Origin: a virus
IMG/VR virus record: IMGVR_UViG_3300035698_018280
Location: 1 to 64,000 of that record
Length of the DNA stretch: 64,000 bases
Strand: one strand, 5' to 3'
The notes under the pieces are model-generated. The model ran no database searches, was not told where the DNA came from, and worked only from the letters and a program-made list of their open reading frames with translations. The first letter of the stretch is position 1. Every line of letters begins with the position of its first letter. This document shows positions 46,174-55,679 of this stretch, in pieces. The position numbers and the translations under genes are program-made.

Positions 46174-47448
46174 TCAATCAACATCGTCCCATGAAAAGGA
46201 CTCTTTTGACTTCGTTTCAGCTACTACATTCTTCGGCGTTTCGAGGATTATTTCCTTCCCTTCCACGCCATTTTCTAGACGATCAAACCCGCTTAAATTA
46301 GATTTGGTTTTTGCTGGTTTTTCGATAGGTTTTTCCTCATTCCAAGGAGGACTTTTATCATTATTGTTATGGGAATTTTCTTCAGATTGAAAACTACTAA
46401 TAAGAGATTTAGTAGGCATAGACATAGTAACAAGACGACTAATATTCTCGTACTTAGTATCTAGATTTTTTAGTATATCTTGAGTAACATCATTCAATCC
46501 CTCAAGGTCTCCCATGTAGAGTTCAAGGTCATACATATGCTCGAACTTTACGCCTGCCTGTCTAGCTGCTGGCTTATCATAAAAACAACGAGCTAGTTGG
46601 CCTTCAAGCATCGGAACAAATCGCTTAAAGTGATGATATTGAAAGAGAAAAGTTGACCTGATTTCAGTTACACGATCTCGCCATTGGCGAATTTCAGACA
46701 GACCTCGGCTGATACGCTCATAATCGTGCATATCAATATCTCTACAGTCAATTTTGATCTGTATAAGTTCTCGCTTATATGCTCGAACAGGAACCTTGCC
46801 TCCGTCTAAAAGTTTCGGAAGGATCTCTGATTTCGCCTTGTAGAATGAAGCAAACTTATCTGAAGGACAATTAAGGAACCAACCATCTGGTTCTTCAATT
46901 ACAGGTTCTATTTCTTCTTGTTTTTGTTGCGAAGGTACTGTAGAGTCGCTATGCTCGGGCCGTAACTCGCTGCTATCCACGCTGCCTTCTCCCGACTCGG
47001 AATCGTCACTGATGACTGTTTCCTGAGGTGGCTGTCTGTCCACTTCATTTTCTTTCGATTTTCTACTGGTCGTAGTTGGAATCGACTCCGAGAGGATTGT
47101 TTCAGGGTCGCCTTTGGCTGATTCATCTTTACCTCCACTATCTGGTTCAGGACTATCAGTATTTTCGGGCTCAGATGAAGAAGATTCCTTCGTATCAATA
47201 ATTTCGGCTTTTGGGACGCCCCCAAATTCAACGTTAGCGCCTTCACCTTCATCAATTTGATTGCTAATCTTACCTGCCTTATCATCAAAAGATGACGCTA
47301 TGTTGTCAGAAGAAGCATCTGAATAAGCCTCTTCTTGAGATTCATCATCTGATTCTTTCGTCTCAATATTCCCGCCATCACGGGTAACACTAAAAATATC
47401 ATCCATTGTATCAACTATATCAAATTCATCAGCCATCTTGCTGCCCAC
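46174..47448 (-). CDS. Hypothetical protein: acidic low-complexity N-half plus helical C-half (possible recombination mediator)
   Basis: Roughly 190 aa rich in D/E/S/P, followed by an amphipathic helical region; directly upstream of SSB and recA. Confidence 0.55.
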   Translation of the reverse strand: MGSKMADEFDIVDTMDDIFSVTRDGGNIETKESDDESQEEAYSDASSDNIASSFDDKAGKISNQIDEGEGANVEFGGVPKAEIIDTKESSSSEPENTDSPEPDSGGKDESAKGDPETILSESIPTTTSRKSKENEVDRQPPQETVISDDSESGEGSVDSSELRPEHSDSTVPSQQKQEEIEPVIEEPDGWFLNCPSDKFASFYKAKSEILPKLLDGGKVPVRAYKRELIQIKIDCRDIDMHDYERISRGLSEIRQWRDRVTEIRSTFLFQYHHFKRFVPMLEGQLARCFYDKPAARQAGVKFEHMYDLELYMGDLEGLNDVTQDILKNLDTKYENISRLVTMSMPTKSLISSFQSEENSHNNNDKSPPWNEEKPIEKPAKTKSNLSGFDRLENGVEGKEIILETPKNVVAETKSKESFSWDDVD

Positions 47449-47456
47449 TCCTTATT

Positions 47457-47741
47457 CTATAGAGAGTCGAAATCATCCTTCTTGAATTTGGTAGTTGGGC
47501 CATCATTGCGAACCGCATTTTGACTGTCCAAATTCAACTCTTGTAAAGTTTTCAATTCAAATCTCTGGTAGTCTTCTAATACCAATTTACCAACATTTTC
47601 CGATTTCTTCATAAGCTCCTCAACAGAGCCCCATTCTACTTCTTGAGAGATCTCTGCAAAAATATCGCAGGTCTCATATTTTGCAGTATTCAGCTTGCGT
47701 GTTACGCCCTTCTTGATCATCGATTTTCTAATATCGCCCAT
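47457..47741 (-). CDS. Hypothetical phage protein
   Basis: 94-aa ORF with an AGGAG RBS. Confidence 0.65.
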   Translation of the reverse strand: MGDIRKSMIKKGVTRKLNTAKYETCDIFAEISQEVEWGSVEELMKKSENVGKLVLEDYQRFELKTLQELNLDSQNAVRNDGPTTKFKKDDFDSL

Positions 47742-47756
47742 CGTTTACTCCTTCTT

Positions 47757-49799
47757 TTATTCATCGCCAAACATATCGTCTGACTCCAATCCTTTTCGAC
47801 GAGATTTCCTTCTGTCTTCCCGTAGTTCACCAAACTCTTTTACAACATCTTCAGACTTACGTTTTTTCGTTCTACCAGTCTTCATATCTTTCTCTCTAAA
47901 GAAGCCAGCAATCGCCAGGCATTCTGCACTTTTTGCATCAACAAACTTTGGATCAGTATTGAAAGCAAAATCTCTCATATCCGAATACGGCTGCTTGGCC
48001 TCAATCTCTGTAGCCGCTCGGTGGCTCATACCCTTACAACGAAGCGAAGGTCTGATCTGAGACTTATGAACACCGTTTGACGGATCTTTGCGGACAACAA
48101 TTTCGTAGTCATAACTACACTTGTTGATACTACGAGGAAGAACGTCCATATTCATCTTGCCGCAATCTTTTTCAAACTGCACAATCTTTTCATACTTATC
48201 AGCTTTTTTACTTCTCAATAAAACATTCATGTATGATGTCATAAACTCTTCAGGATAATGAGTTTTCAGATAAGCAGTTGTATACGATAAATAAGCATAA
48301 CAAGCGCTATGAGATTTATTAAATCCATAATCAGCAAAGGGAGTAATAAACTTATCCCAATACTGTTGCGCAACTTCTTCAGGAACATTGTTGACTTTAC
48401 AGCCGTCAATAAACTGAATTTGATACTTATTCATGAGTTCCGGTATTTTCTTACCGACTGCTTTGATCATAGCATAACCATCAGTAATAGAAAAACCAGC
48501 AAGAGAATTACAGACTTGCATCAACTGTTCTTGATAACAAAGAACTCCGTATGTAGGTTCTAGATATTTTCTAACATAAGGCTCAATAGACTCATGAAAA
48601 TATCCAACAGGTTCTTCGCCTTTCTTACGAGAAGAATATAATGGAATTGATTTCATAGGCCCTGGACGATACAAAGCTACTCCTACAATGACATCTTCAA
48701 AACGATTGACTCTAAGTTGTCGCATCGTTTGTTGCATACCTGGATTTTCGCATTGGAAAACGCCATTGAGTTTGCCGCTTCGATATAGATTTAGTGTATC
48801 CTTATCGTCAAGAGGCATATTCTCTACATCAATTGTAATTCCATAATTTTCTTTAATAAGTTCTACTGTCCGACGAATAACTGCCAATGTTGATATGGCA
48901 AGAATATCAAATTTGATAAGACCCATAAACTCAAGGTCTTCATATGCATATTGCGTAGCAAGTTCATAATGAGTACCCTTACCTTCTTCGTCTGCAACTT
49001 TCTTTCGGCTTAGCCTCAGAGGAGCAATAGACTGAAGAGGTACGCTAGAAATAACAATTCCGGCAGCATGAACGCTAAAGTTAGATAGTAATCCCTGAAT
49101 ATTGGGCGAATGCTCAAGAAGCTCAGGATATTTATCCACATATCTTTTAAAGTCATCGCAATATTTTGCCCCATCTGCAACAGTCCTGATAACGACATCA
49201 TTACCCTCCTCATCGGTGGCCCTGATGTTTGCCCCGACCTGTTTTGGAAGAGATTTTGCTATCTCGTCCCCTCTATCCTGCGTTTCCTTGCGCCAACGTT
49301 CCCTGTTCTCATTCCTAACAGTCTTGCTCTCGTGAAGAGCCATAGTAGGTGAAAATACTTTATCAGGATCCAGGGCTCTAAACCCTTGGCGAATATAAGA
49401 CTTAAGCTTCAACGACTGATAAGTACCGATATTACCAACATGGTCTCTACCATACTTGTCAATAATGTAAGTATAAATTTCATCGCGAAACTCATCATCA
49501 AAATCAGAATCAATATCAGGAAAGCCCTTACGAGCAAAACAACGACGAATAGGAAGAAATTCTTCGTCCTCTGGTCTTTTCTCAGTTATACCCAATAGAT
49601 AAGCTGTATGAGAATTGATCTTATTAGTCTTACCGATAAGACTCTTCTCTTTAGCGCTCTTCCACATATTATAAAACTTAAGGAGAATAGGCTCTCCATC
49701 AAGATTATCGGTTTGAGCCATAAAGTCCAATTCTTCTCGAACTTTATCAGTGGCTTTACTTCCAATAGTTTCAAGAATCTCTTGTTTGATCTTGTTCAT
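47757..49799 (-). CDS. dnaE: DNA polymerase III alpha, C-terminal part (catalytic palm, fingers, HhH; no PHP, no OB)
   Basis: GFPDIDSDF, KYG, HAAGIVIS, GLIKFDIL, GVFQCE, ALYRPGPM, YGVLCYQEQ, YGFNKSHS and YLKTHYP motifs; ends in DDMFGDE. Confidence 0.93.
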   Translation of the reverse strand: MNKIKQEILETIGSKATDKVREELDFMAQTDNLDGEPILLKFYNMWKSAKEKSLIGKTNKINSHTAYLLGITEKRPEDEEFLPIRRCFARKGFPDIDSDFDDEFRDEIYTYIIDKYGRDHVGNIGTYQSLKLKSYIRQGFRALDPDKVFSPTMALHESKTVRNENRERWRKETQDRGDEIAKSLPKQVGANIRATDEEGNDVVIRTVADGAKYCDDFKRYVDKYPELLEHSPNIQGLLSNFSVHAAGIVISSVPLQSIAPLRLSRKKVADEEGKGTHYELATQYAYEDLEFMGLIKFDILAISTLAVIRRTVELIKENYGITIDVENMPLDDKDTLNLYRSGKLNGVFQCENPGMQQTMRQLRVNRFEDVIVGVALYRPGPMKSIPLYSSRKKGEEPVGYFHESIEPYVRKYLEPTYGVLCYQEQLMQVCNSLAGFSITDGYAMIKAVGKKIPELMNKYQIQFIDGCKVNNVPEEVAQQYWDKFITPFADYGFNKSHSACYAYLSYTTAYLKTHYPEEFMTSYMNVLLRSKKADKYEKIVQFEKDCGKMNMDVLPRSINKCSYDYEIVVRKDPSNGVHKSQIRPSLRCKGMSHRAATEIEAKQPYSDMRDFAFNTDPKFVDAKSAECLAIAGFFREKDMKTGRTKKRKSEDVVKEFGELREDRRKSRRKGLESDDMFGDE

Positions 49800-50137
49800 T
49801 ATATACCTGCGCTAAAATGGGCTGTTACGCCCAGGCTAGAATATTTCTTCACTATTTTTAGGTTCAGCCTATTTTGCAATAGCTCTCCTTGTCGTTCTAT
49901 CTCTTTCATTTCGGCCCAATACCCTTCGCTATTATCATCATCCACCAACATCGTTCCAGGTTTAGCCTGCCAATAGCAATATACACTAATTTCTGTATGA
50001 TATGTCCTACTTGAAAAATGCAAGCCCCACGAGTTGATATCTATTTCAAAACGAGGTTCATCAACTTCCTGGCTAACTTCATCCGATGTTTGACGAACCA
50101 TTTTTAAGATATTTTGAATTACGCTAGAAGACAACAT
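49799..50137 (-). CDS. Hypothetical protein between the two dnaE halves
   Basis: 112-aa ORF starting 3 nt after the dnaE-N stop, with a TAATG overlap to dnaE-C. Confidence 0.6.
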   Translation of the reverse strand: MLSSSVIQNILKMVRQTSDEVSQEVDEPRFEIDINSWGLHFSSRTYHTEISVYCYWQAKPGTMLVDDDNSEGYWAEMKEIERQGELLQNRLNLKIVKKYSSLGVTAHFSAGI

Positions 50138-50140
50138 GAG

Positions 50141-51535
50141 TTAATACCTATCTACTCCGCCCATATCGTCTTCAAACTCTCGATCCAGAGCGGCGGTTTC
50201 AATAAACAACTCTTCTGCAGATTTGGCTTCATCTAAACCAAAATCGCTCTCTTGCAGGAATCTCTTGTCATCGAAGCCCAAGAATCTTTCCCAAAGAAGT
50301 CCATACTCCAATGGATCTGGCCCATATGCAATACCAAGGCAACGTAAAAGCACGCTGCCGTATCCTGAACCCCGGCCGCATCCGGTCAAGATGTTTCGCC
50401 TTCGAGCTTCCATCATGTAGTCTCGAACAATAAGTAGATACGTTGCAAAGTCATATTTATTATTATCCCATGCAACTTTGATATCATCCATTTCGAGTTT
50501 CAATCGAGCTATATGTTCAGGACTCTGCGCCCATCCTAATTTCTGAAGACCGTCGTTTGCCAACTGCCCCATGTAATCATGAGGAGATTTAAAACTTTTA
50601 GGTATATCGAATCTAGGCAGTCTCATACCGCTTGTCATATTTGTAAGTATATCGGTAGTGTCAACCTTGTCGGCAACAAGCATGGTATTCGTCAGAAGCT
50701 CAGGATGCGTTCCAAATGTCTTAGACATTTCAGCAGCCGACTTTAGATAGAACTCACTGTAAGGAAACTTGATGCGGCTAGGATCGCTGAAGCAACGAGA
50801 AGTTGACATTGCCATTAGAAGCTCATGAGATTTGCCCTGGCATTTTTCGCAATAGTGACAATCATTAGTAGCATGAACGCATACATCCATGTCTTTACCA
50901 AGCTTGAGAATATCCGGGATAATCATGCCTTCAGCATCTATACCATGATACATAGCCTCAAGATGAAAATCTTTATCGAATATGTCTTTAAAAAGGGCAA
51001 CGGCCTTCTTGGCCTGATCGTAACGGTCATGCAACAAGTTAGCATTGATAACGCTACTTAGACAAGCAGAAGTGCAAATAAGCCCTTCGCTATATTTACC
51101 AAGAAGATCAAAATCTATACGAGGATCAAAGAAATAACCTTCGGTCCAGCTATGCTCAGAAAGACGACAAAGGTTCTGGTATCCTGTCCAGTTTTTAGCA
51201 ATCAAAACAATATGTCTATTGCCCTTTCGCTTGTCTGGTTGTTCTTGTACTGAATGAGCGTGCCTGTCTTTGGACAAATAAAACTCGCAGCCTACGATGG
51301 GCTTGCATGTTGGAATCTCGTTTCCATGCTCATCTTTAGCAGGCTTTAGGCATTCCTGCATAAACTTGATAGCACCAGCCATGTTTCCATGATCAGTCAT
51401 GGCAAGGGCCTTGAATCCTTTTTTGCGAGCAGCAAGAGGAAACTGTCCTATCTTATTTAGCCCATCAAAAGATGAGTATTCAGTATGGTTATGAAGGTGA
51501 CAAAAATCGGCGTTAGTGATACGAAGTTTTCCCAT
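50141..51535 (-). CDS. dnaE: DNA polymerase III alpha, N-terminal part (PHP domain plus start of palm)
   Basis: HLHNHTEYSSFDG, AMTDHGN, KPIVGCEFY, ATNDCHY, YLKS, LPRF, GCGRGSGYGS and DPLEYGLLWERFL motifs. Confidence 0.93.
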   Translation of the reverse strand: MGKLRITNADFCHLHNHTEYSSFDGLNKIGQFPLAARKKGFKALAMTDHGNMAGAIKFMQECLKPAKDEHGNEIPTCKPIVGCEFYLSKDRHAHSVQEQPDKRKGNRHIVLIAKNWTGYQNLCRLSEHSWTEGYFFDPRIDFDLLGKYSEGLICTSACLSSVINANLLHDRYDQAKKAVALFKDIFDKDFHLEAMYHGIDAEGMIIPDILKLGKDMDVCVHATNDCHYCEKCQGKSHELLMAMSTSRCFSDPSRIKFPYSEFYLKSAAEMSKTFGTHPELLTNTMLVADKVDTTDILTNMTSGMRLPRFDIPKSFKSPHDYMGQLANDGLQKLGWAQSPEHIARLKLEMDDIKVAWDNNKYDFATYLLIVRDYMMEARRRNILTGCGRGSGYGSVLLRCLGIAYGPDPLEYGLLWERFLGFDDKRFLQESDFGLDEAKSAEELFIETAALDREFEDDMGGVDRY

Positions 51536-51581
51536 AACTCCCTATCGTCTGCAAATAATCATGTGTAGATATGTTCCACCG

Positions 51582-51941
51582 TTAAGTCGAACGTTTCTTG
51601 CCATGAGGCTTGATTTTATTAGCATTCTTATTTAAAGAAGAACGTTTTTCCATATATTCCGAATAATGCTTAGTAAATCCAGGAGGCGCATCGCATGTTA
51701 GTCTTTGTTCAAAGGCTTCAGCAAGCGAAATTATTTTATCGTCATCTAAATTATCTGGTATATTTGCCATACCTGAAAAAGGTCCAGACTTAGCTGCTTC
51801 TCTCATTCGCAACAGTTCGGCTTCCAATCTAGTTTTACGATCTTCTTCAGACTCAACTACAGGATTATTCTTTGCATCTTGTAGTTTTTTCTCAAACTCT
51901 TCTTGTAATTTACGAATTTCTTCTGAACCTGGGCGGTGCAT
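51582..51941 (-). CDS. Hypothetical protein
   Basis: 119-aa ORF with a TAATG overlap. Confidence 0.6.
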   Translation of the reverse strand: MHRPGSEEIRKLQEEFEKKLQDAKNNPVVESEEDRKTRLEAELLRMREAAKSGPFSGMANIPDNLDDDKIISLAEAFEQRLTCDAPPGFTKHYSEYMEKRSSLNKNANKIKPHGKKRST

Positions 51942-52216
51942 TATACGCCTCCTTTTGGAAATCTTTTGCGTATACCAGTTTTGTCGTCTCTAATATACTT
52001 TGGTTTCATATGATTAATATAACTAGCTGTTGACTGACACCAGTCCCACGCAGGACCGCTATGAGTTACGCTGCAACCTGTAATCGCTCTTCTGCATGGG
52101 CGATCAGTCTCAGGTTCCTTAGTAAGTGACTCGTCAGCCATTCGTTGTACAATTTCGAACCGTTCTCCTGTAGGCTCATCATTTTTATCTAAGATGTCAT
52201 AAACGTAGGTCGGCAA
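51941..52216 (-). CDS. FmdB-family zinc-ribbon-like regulator (Cys-less variant)
   Basis: MPTYVY...GERFEIVQRMADESLTKEPETDRPCRRAI; TTG start with an AAGGA RBS. Confidence 0.7.
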   Translation of the reverse strand: MPTYVYDILDKNDEPTGERFEIVQRMADESLTKEPETDRPCRRAITGCSVTHSGPAWDWCQSTASYINHMKPKYIRDDKTGIRKRFPKGGV

Positions 52217-52219
52217 ATT

Positions 52220-52456
52220 CTATTCCTTGGGTTTTTTCTGATATGCGTCGCAATCAACAACGGCTTGATATGTATCATGGCTGCTATAAAGCCGCCAATG
52301 TTTAGTAACTCCAAGAATACTAATTTCAACTGGTTCTATTGGATTTCCACAATTATGATGAATGCAAGTTTGACAAAGAGGTTCAGGAATCCCCATCGGA
52401 CCAACATTAAGCCTTGTAACAGGCATTTTTCTGCAATTAGGTCGAAAGCTATGCAT
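52220..52456 (-). CDS. Cys-rich hypothetical protein
   Basis: LCQTCIHHNC...DC in a 78-aa ORF. Confidence 0.55.
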   Translation of the reverse strand: MHSFRPNCRKMPVTRLNVGPMGIPEPLCQTCIHHNCGNPIEPVEISILGVTKHWRLYSSHDTYQAVVDCDAYQKKPKE

Positions 52457-53097
52457 TAGTCAACTTCTGTACGGCGCTTGATGCCTCTTGGCGCAGCTTT
52501 CTGAGTAGCCGCAGATCGCTCTTTCAAAATTTCATCCCGGTTTGGTACGTTATCAGATGAAACATTCTGTTTCTTAGGACGGTTTGCAACTGTAAAAGTT
52601 TCAAATGCAGTTGAATCTGGATCTATATCCAAATCTGTAACATCCTCTACAGAATGACCTTCTGGCAAAAATACGCCTTCCCCTTCTTCTGCCGCAGCAT
52701 CCATTTCAACCTGTGAAGCTTGAAAAACCCTTCCATCCGCCTGTGTCGGTGTCAAATTATTCTGAAGGGCTAACTGGGCTGGCTGAGGAGCCGCTGGACG
52801 CTTTTGCCTGCCGATACTGGGCAATGCTAACCCCGGGACAGTAGTCGGCACAGAGACGGACTGAGGGCCTTTACGAAGCGGACTTGGTAGATACTGTTGA
52901 ATATGACCCTGAACCTCAGTAAGAAAACTTGCAGGAAGACTAAACGAAGATTCTCCTTGCTCGTCAAGGAATGTTAACGTCCATCCGAACTCATCTGTCT
53001 CATGGAGACGTAATGAAAATCCTAATTCTTCCTGTCCTGGTCCATTACTGAATCTCCAGGCAAAATCAATGTTTCGTAATGTTTCTTCGATCGGCAT
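52456..53097 (-). CDS. Hypothetical protein
   Basis: 213-aa ORF with a GGAG RBS and a Pro/Gln-rich middle. Confidence 0.6.
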   Translation of the reverse strand: MPIEETLRNIDFAWRFSNGPGQEELGFSLRLHETDEFGWTLTFLDEQGESSFSLPASFLTEVQGHIQQYLPSPLRKGPQSVSVPTTVPGLALPSIGRQKRPAAPQPAQLALQNNLTPTQADGRVFQASQVEMDAAAEEGEGVFLPEGHSVEDVTDLDIDPDSTAFETFTVANRPKKQNVSSDNVPNRDEILKERSAATQKAAPRGIKRRTEVD

Positions 53098-53290
53098 GCT
53101 TGCTACTCCACTTTTCTTTCAAATAATCCTGCGCCATCGTTTGCTGCTTCTTTTGTCTATCGTCCAAATGCCTTTTTAGACCAGATTTTTTAATCGGTGC
53201 AATATAAGATTTACAAGACACACAAAACGTACCGTATGCCCCGATTCGATCATCGTCAGTCTTTCCGCAAGATGGACAGGTATATCCCAT
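53066..53290 (-). CDS. Small zinc-ribbon protein
   Basis: CPSC...CVSC motif. Confidence 0.6.
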   Translation of the reverse strand: MGYTCPSCGKTDDDRIGAYGTFCVSCKSYIAPIKKSGLKRHLDDRQKKQQTMAQDYLKEKWSSKHADRRNITKH

Positions 53291-53826
53291 TATCGGTATT
53301 TATCTAAATTACCATCGTCATTATCAACAATGATTCTATCTATTGCCTCGTCGTCGTCAGCATCTTCGTGTAATTCGCTAGCAAACATATCAACACCTCT
53401 TTCGCCTTTTTTGCTCGTGAGGTAATCAGAATCTACTACATGTGTTTCCCATTGTATAACCCAAAAGTCCTTCTGCGCATCAACAATATGAGGAAGAGGT
53501 TCAGGCCTTTTCCAGCCATATGCTTGCGCCCAAGCAGATAAACATCGAATATCAATACAGTACAAGTCTTTTGCAGAAGGCTGATAACCTACTATGACAA
53601 CTTTTTTATCATGATAAAAATCGCATGTTATCGTACTAAAACCAAGAGCATGAAGTATTGTTACATTTGATTTTACACACCATTTATCAGACTGGACAGG
53701 AGATTTTATGCCTCCAATAATTTCTTGGTCTTCCATCATAAGAGTATGAACTTCATCGAATTCGCCGTTTGCCTCAAGCATAGTAAGATCTGTGAAATTT
53801 ACTTCGAATTCCATGTTCTCCATCAT
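53290..53826 (-). CDS. Hypothetical protein
   Basis: 178-aa acidic ORF with an ATGA overlap. Confidence 0.6.
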   Translation of the reverse strand: MMENMEFEVNFTDLTMLEANGEFDEVHTLMMEDQEIIGGIKSPVQSDKWCVKSNVTILHALGFSTITCDFYHDKKVVIVGYQPSAKDLYCIDIRCLSAWAQAYGWKRPEPLPHIVDAQKDFWVIQWETHVVDSDYLTSKKGERGVDMFASELHEDADDDEAIDRIIVDNDDGNLDKYR

Positions 53827-54644
53827 ATCATTGCCTCTTCCATGCCCGCAAAAATATCGGCAGAATCATCTATACGATCTCTCGCATATCTAACTGTTTC
53901 TTTATCGTTATCGATTCCAAGATAACTTCGGTTCAAGACATGGGCAGCAACAGCGGTTGTACCAGATCCCACAAACGGGTCAAGAACAATGTCTCCAGGA
54001 TACGAGAACAATTTGATAACTGGTCTAGCTAACCGTACAGGAAATGGAACTTCATGACCGCCTCTATTCTGAGTCTCAGGAGTTATATGCCAAAAACTCA
54101 TTGTCCATTTCTGGAACTCTTCATCCGTTAGATCGCTTTTCGTATCCTTGGTTGGCGGCTCAAGCCTCCATGGTCCCTTGTTCCAAACAAGAATATACTC
54201 ATGGTTTCGACGGACGATAGGGTTGGAGCATGACTTGTAACTACCCCAGGCAGTAGCCCTGCCAACAACCTGATGCTTATACCAACAAATGTCGCATCTA
54301 TAATTGTAACCGATGTCTTCATTCATATTACATAGATCAGCAACTATGGGGCGGAAGTATTCTCGTCCTGTATCATCAGCGGTCTTGGCAACACGATCTT
54401 CTTCGTGATTTACCATAGAATCAATATTGATAGCCAGCCGACCGCCTGGACGTAGAACTCTATAACATTCTATCCAAACCTTTTTTAGCCATTCAAGGTA
54501 AAGCTTATAAGGCATACCGTCCTTATGATTACGATAAGGAATATTTACGTTGTATGGAGGCGATGTAAAAATTAGAGATACTGAGTTATCAGGTATTTTC
54601 TTTAATCCGTCTAATACATCAGCATGAATTATTTTGTCTTTCAT
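53823..54644 (-). CDS. DNA N4-cytosine/N6-adenine methyltransferase (beta class)
   Basis: FTSPPYN, H..PFP and VLDPFVGSGTT motifs. Confidence 0.93.
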   Translation of the reverse strand: MKDKIIHADVLDGLKKIPDNSVSLIFTSPPYNVNIPYRNHKDGMPYKLYLEWLKKVWIECYRVLRPGGRLAINIDSMVNHEEDRVAKTADDTGREYFRPIVADLCNMNEDIGYNYRCDICWYKHQVVGRATAWGSYKSCSNPIVRRNHEYILVWNKGPWRLEPPTKDTKSDLTDEEFQKWTMSFWHITPETQNRGGHEVPFPVRLARPVIKLFSYPGDIVLDPFVGSGTTAVAAHVLNRSYLGIDNDKETVRYARDRIDDSADIFAGMEEAMI

Positions 54645-54910
54645 CCAGTTCTCGCTTTGTACGCTGCAAAATCTGCGGCCAAACGCAGAACTTCATGCAT
54701 AGCTATATCTGCTAATTCTTCGCCATTTCGATTTGCCATGTTCTTTTCAATAACCCATTCTTTAAATTCGTTCGAAGCAAACATATAAAAACGCTGAGGA
54801 CATCTCGAAGAAAAACCATCAATACGAATAAGATCAGAATTCACAAAATCTCTAAAAGAATTGCTTTCTCTATCTATGTAGAACTTGTATTCAGCTTCAA
54901 TCATTGTCAT
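54641..54910 (-). CDS. Hypothetical protein
   Basis: 89-aa ORF between two methyltransferases. Confidence 0.55.
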   Translation of the reverse strand: MTMIEAEYKFYIDRESNSFRDFVNSDLIRIDGFSSRCPQRFYMFASNEFKEWVIEKNMANRNGEELADIAMHEVLRLAADFAAYKARTG

Positions 54911-55679
54911 CGAATAAATCCTCTTCTATGTTGCTCATTCTGTTCTCTACAATATCACAAGCATGTCCGCTTATGTCGCACCCCGCAGCATGCCTACGAG
55001 CAAGGATAGATGCTTCTAATGTAGTACCGCTACCCATAAACGGATCAAAAACCCATTGTTCTTCATTACTAAACATCTTGACAACTCTGCTTAGCAGCGC
55101 AAGAGGTTTTTGGGTAGCATAACCAGTCTTCTCTTTTTCATTGCGACACAACGATGGAATATCTGTCCACCAATCTTCAAGAAGCTTACCTTTTTCCTGG
55201 TAATACTCCCATGGAATTTTCTCTTTAGACCAAGCAGTTTTACCGCCTACGTTCATCTTGGCGCTATGATGTATCCGCTGAGGATTATAAGGATAATCTC
55301 CAAAACCATACCATAAAAGGGTGTCATGCTTGCGGGGTAAGTGAGAAACAACAGTAGCAGGACTAGAGTAACACCAAATGATTTCATTCTTGAAGTTTTT
55401 TCTTCCAAAGATACTATCCATCATTACTTTGATATTATGAACAGCCTTATAGTCAACATGCACTATTATATTACTATCAGCTAGAAGAAGAGTTTTGAGA
55501 TTAGTAAAAACTTCAAACATATATGCCATATATTCATGAAAACTATCTCCTACGCCATAATATTTGTCCTCGTCTTTAGAGCTATACGGAGGATCTAGAT
55601 AAATGAGAGAGAATTTTTCTTCTCTTGTGTAATCAATACAACTTATTTTATTTATTTCATGCTGCATTAAATATCCCAA
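54897..55679 (-). CDS. DNA adenine methyltransferase (N6_N4_Mtase, beta class)
   Basis: IYLDPPY, NEIIW, YATQKP and FDPFMGSGTT motifs. Confidence 0.93.
   Translation of the reverse strand: MGYLMQHEINKISCIDYTREEKFSLIYLDPPYSSKDEDKYYGVGDSFHEYMAYMFEVFTNLKTLLLADSNIIVHVDYKAVHNIKVMMDSIFGRKNFKNEIIWCYSSPATVVSHLPRKHDTLLWYGFGDYPYNPQRIHHSAKMNVGGKTAWSKEKIPWEYYQEKGKLLEDWWTDIPSLCRNEKEKTGYATQKPLALLSRVVKMFSNEEQWVFDPFMGSGTTLEASILARRHAAGCDISGHACDIVENRMSNIEEDLFDDND

Noticed and set aside
49521-50280. Group I intron or split intein joining the dnaE halves
   Set aside because: There are no intein N- or C-terminal motifs. The interval is fully occupied by abutting ORFs, with no non-coding room for a ribozyme core that I can recognise.
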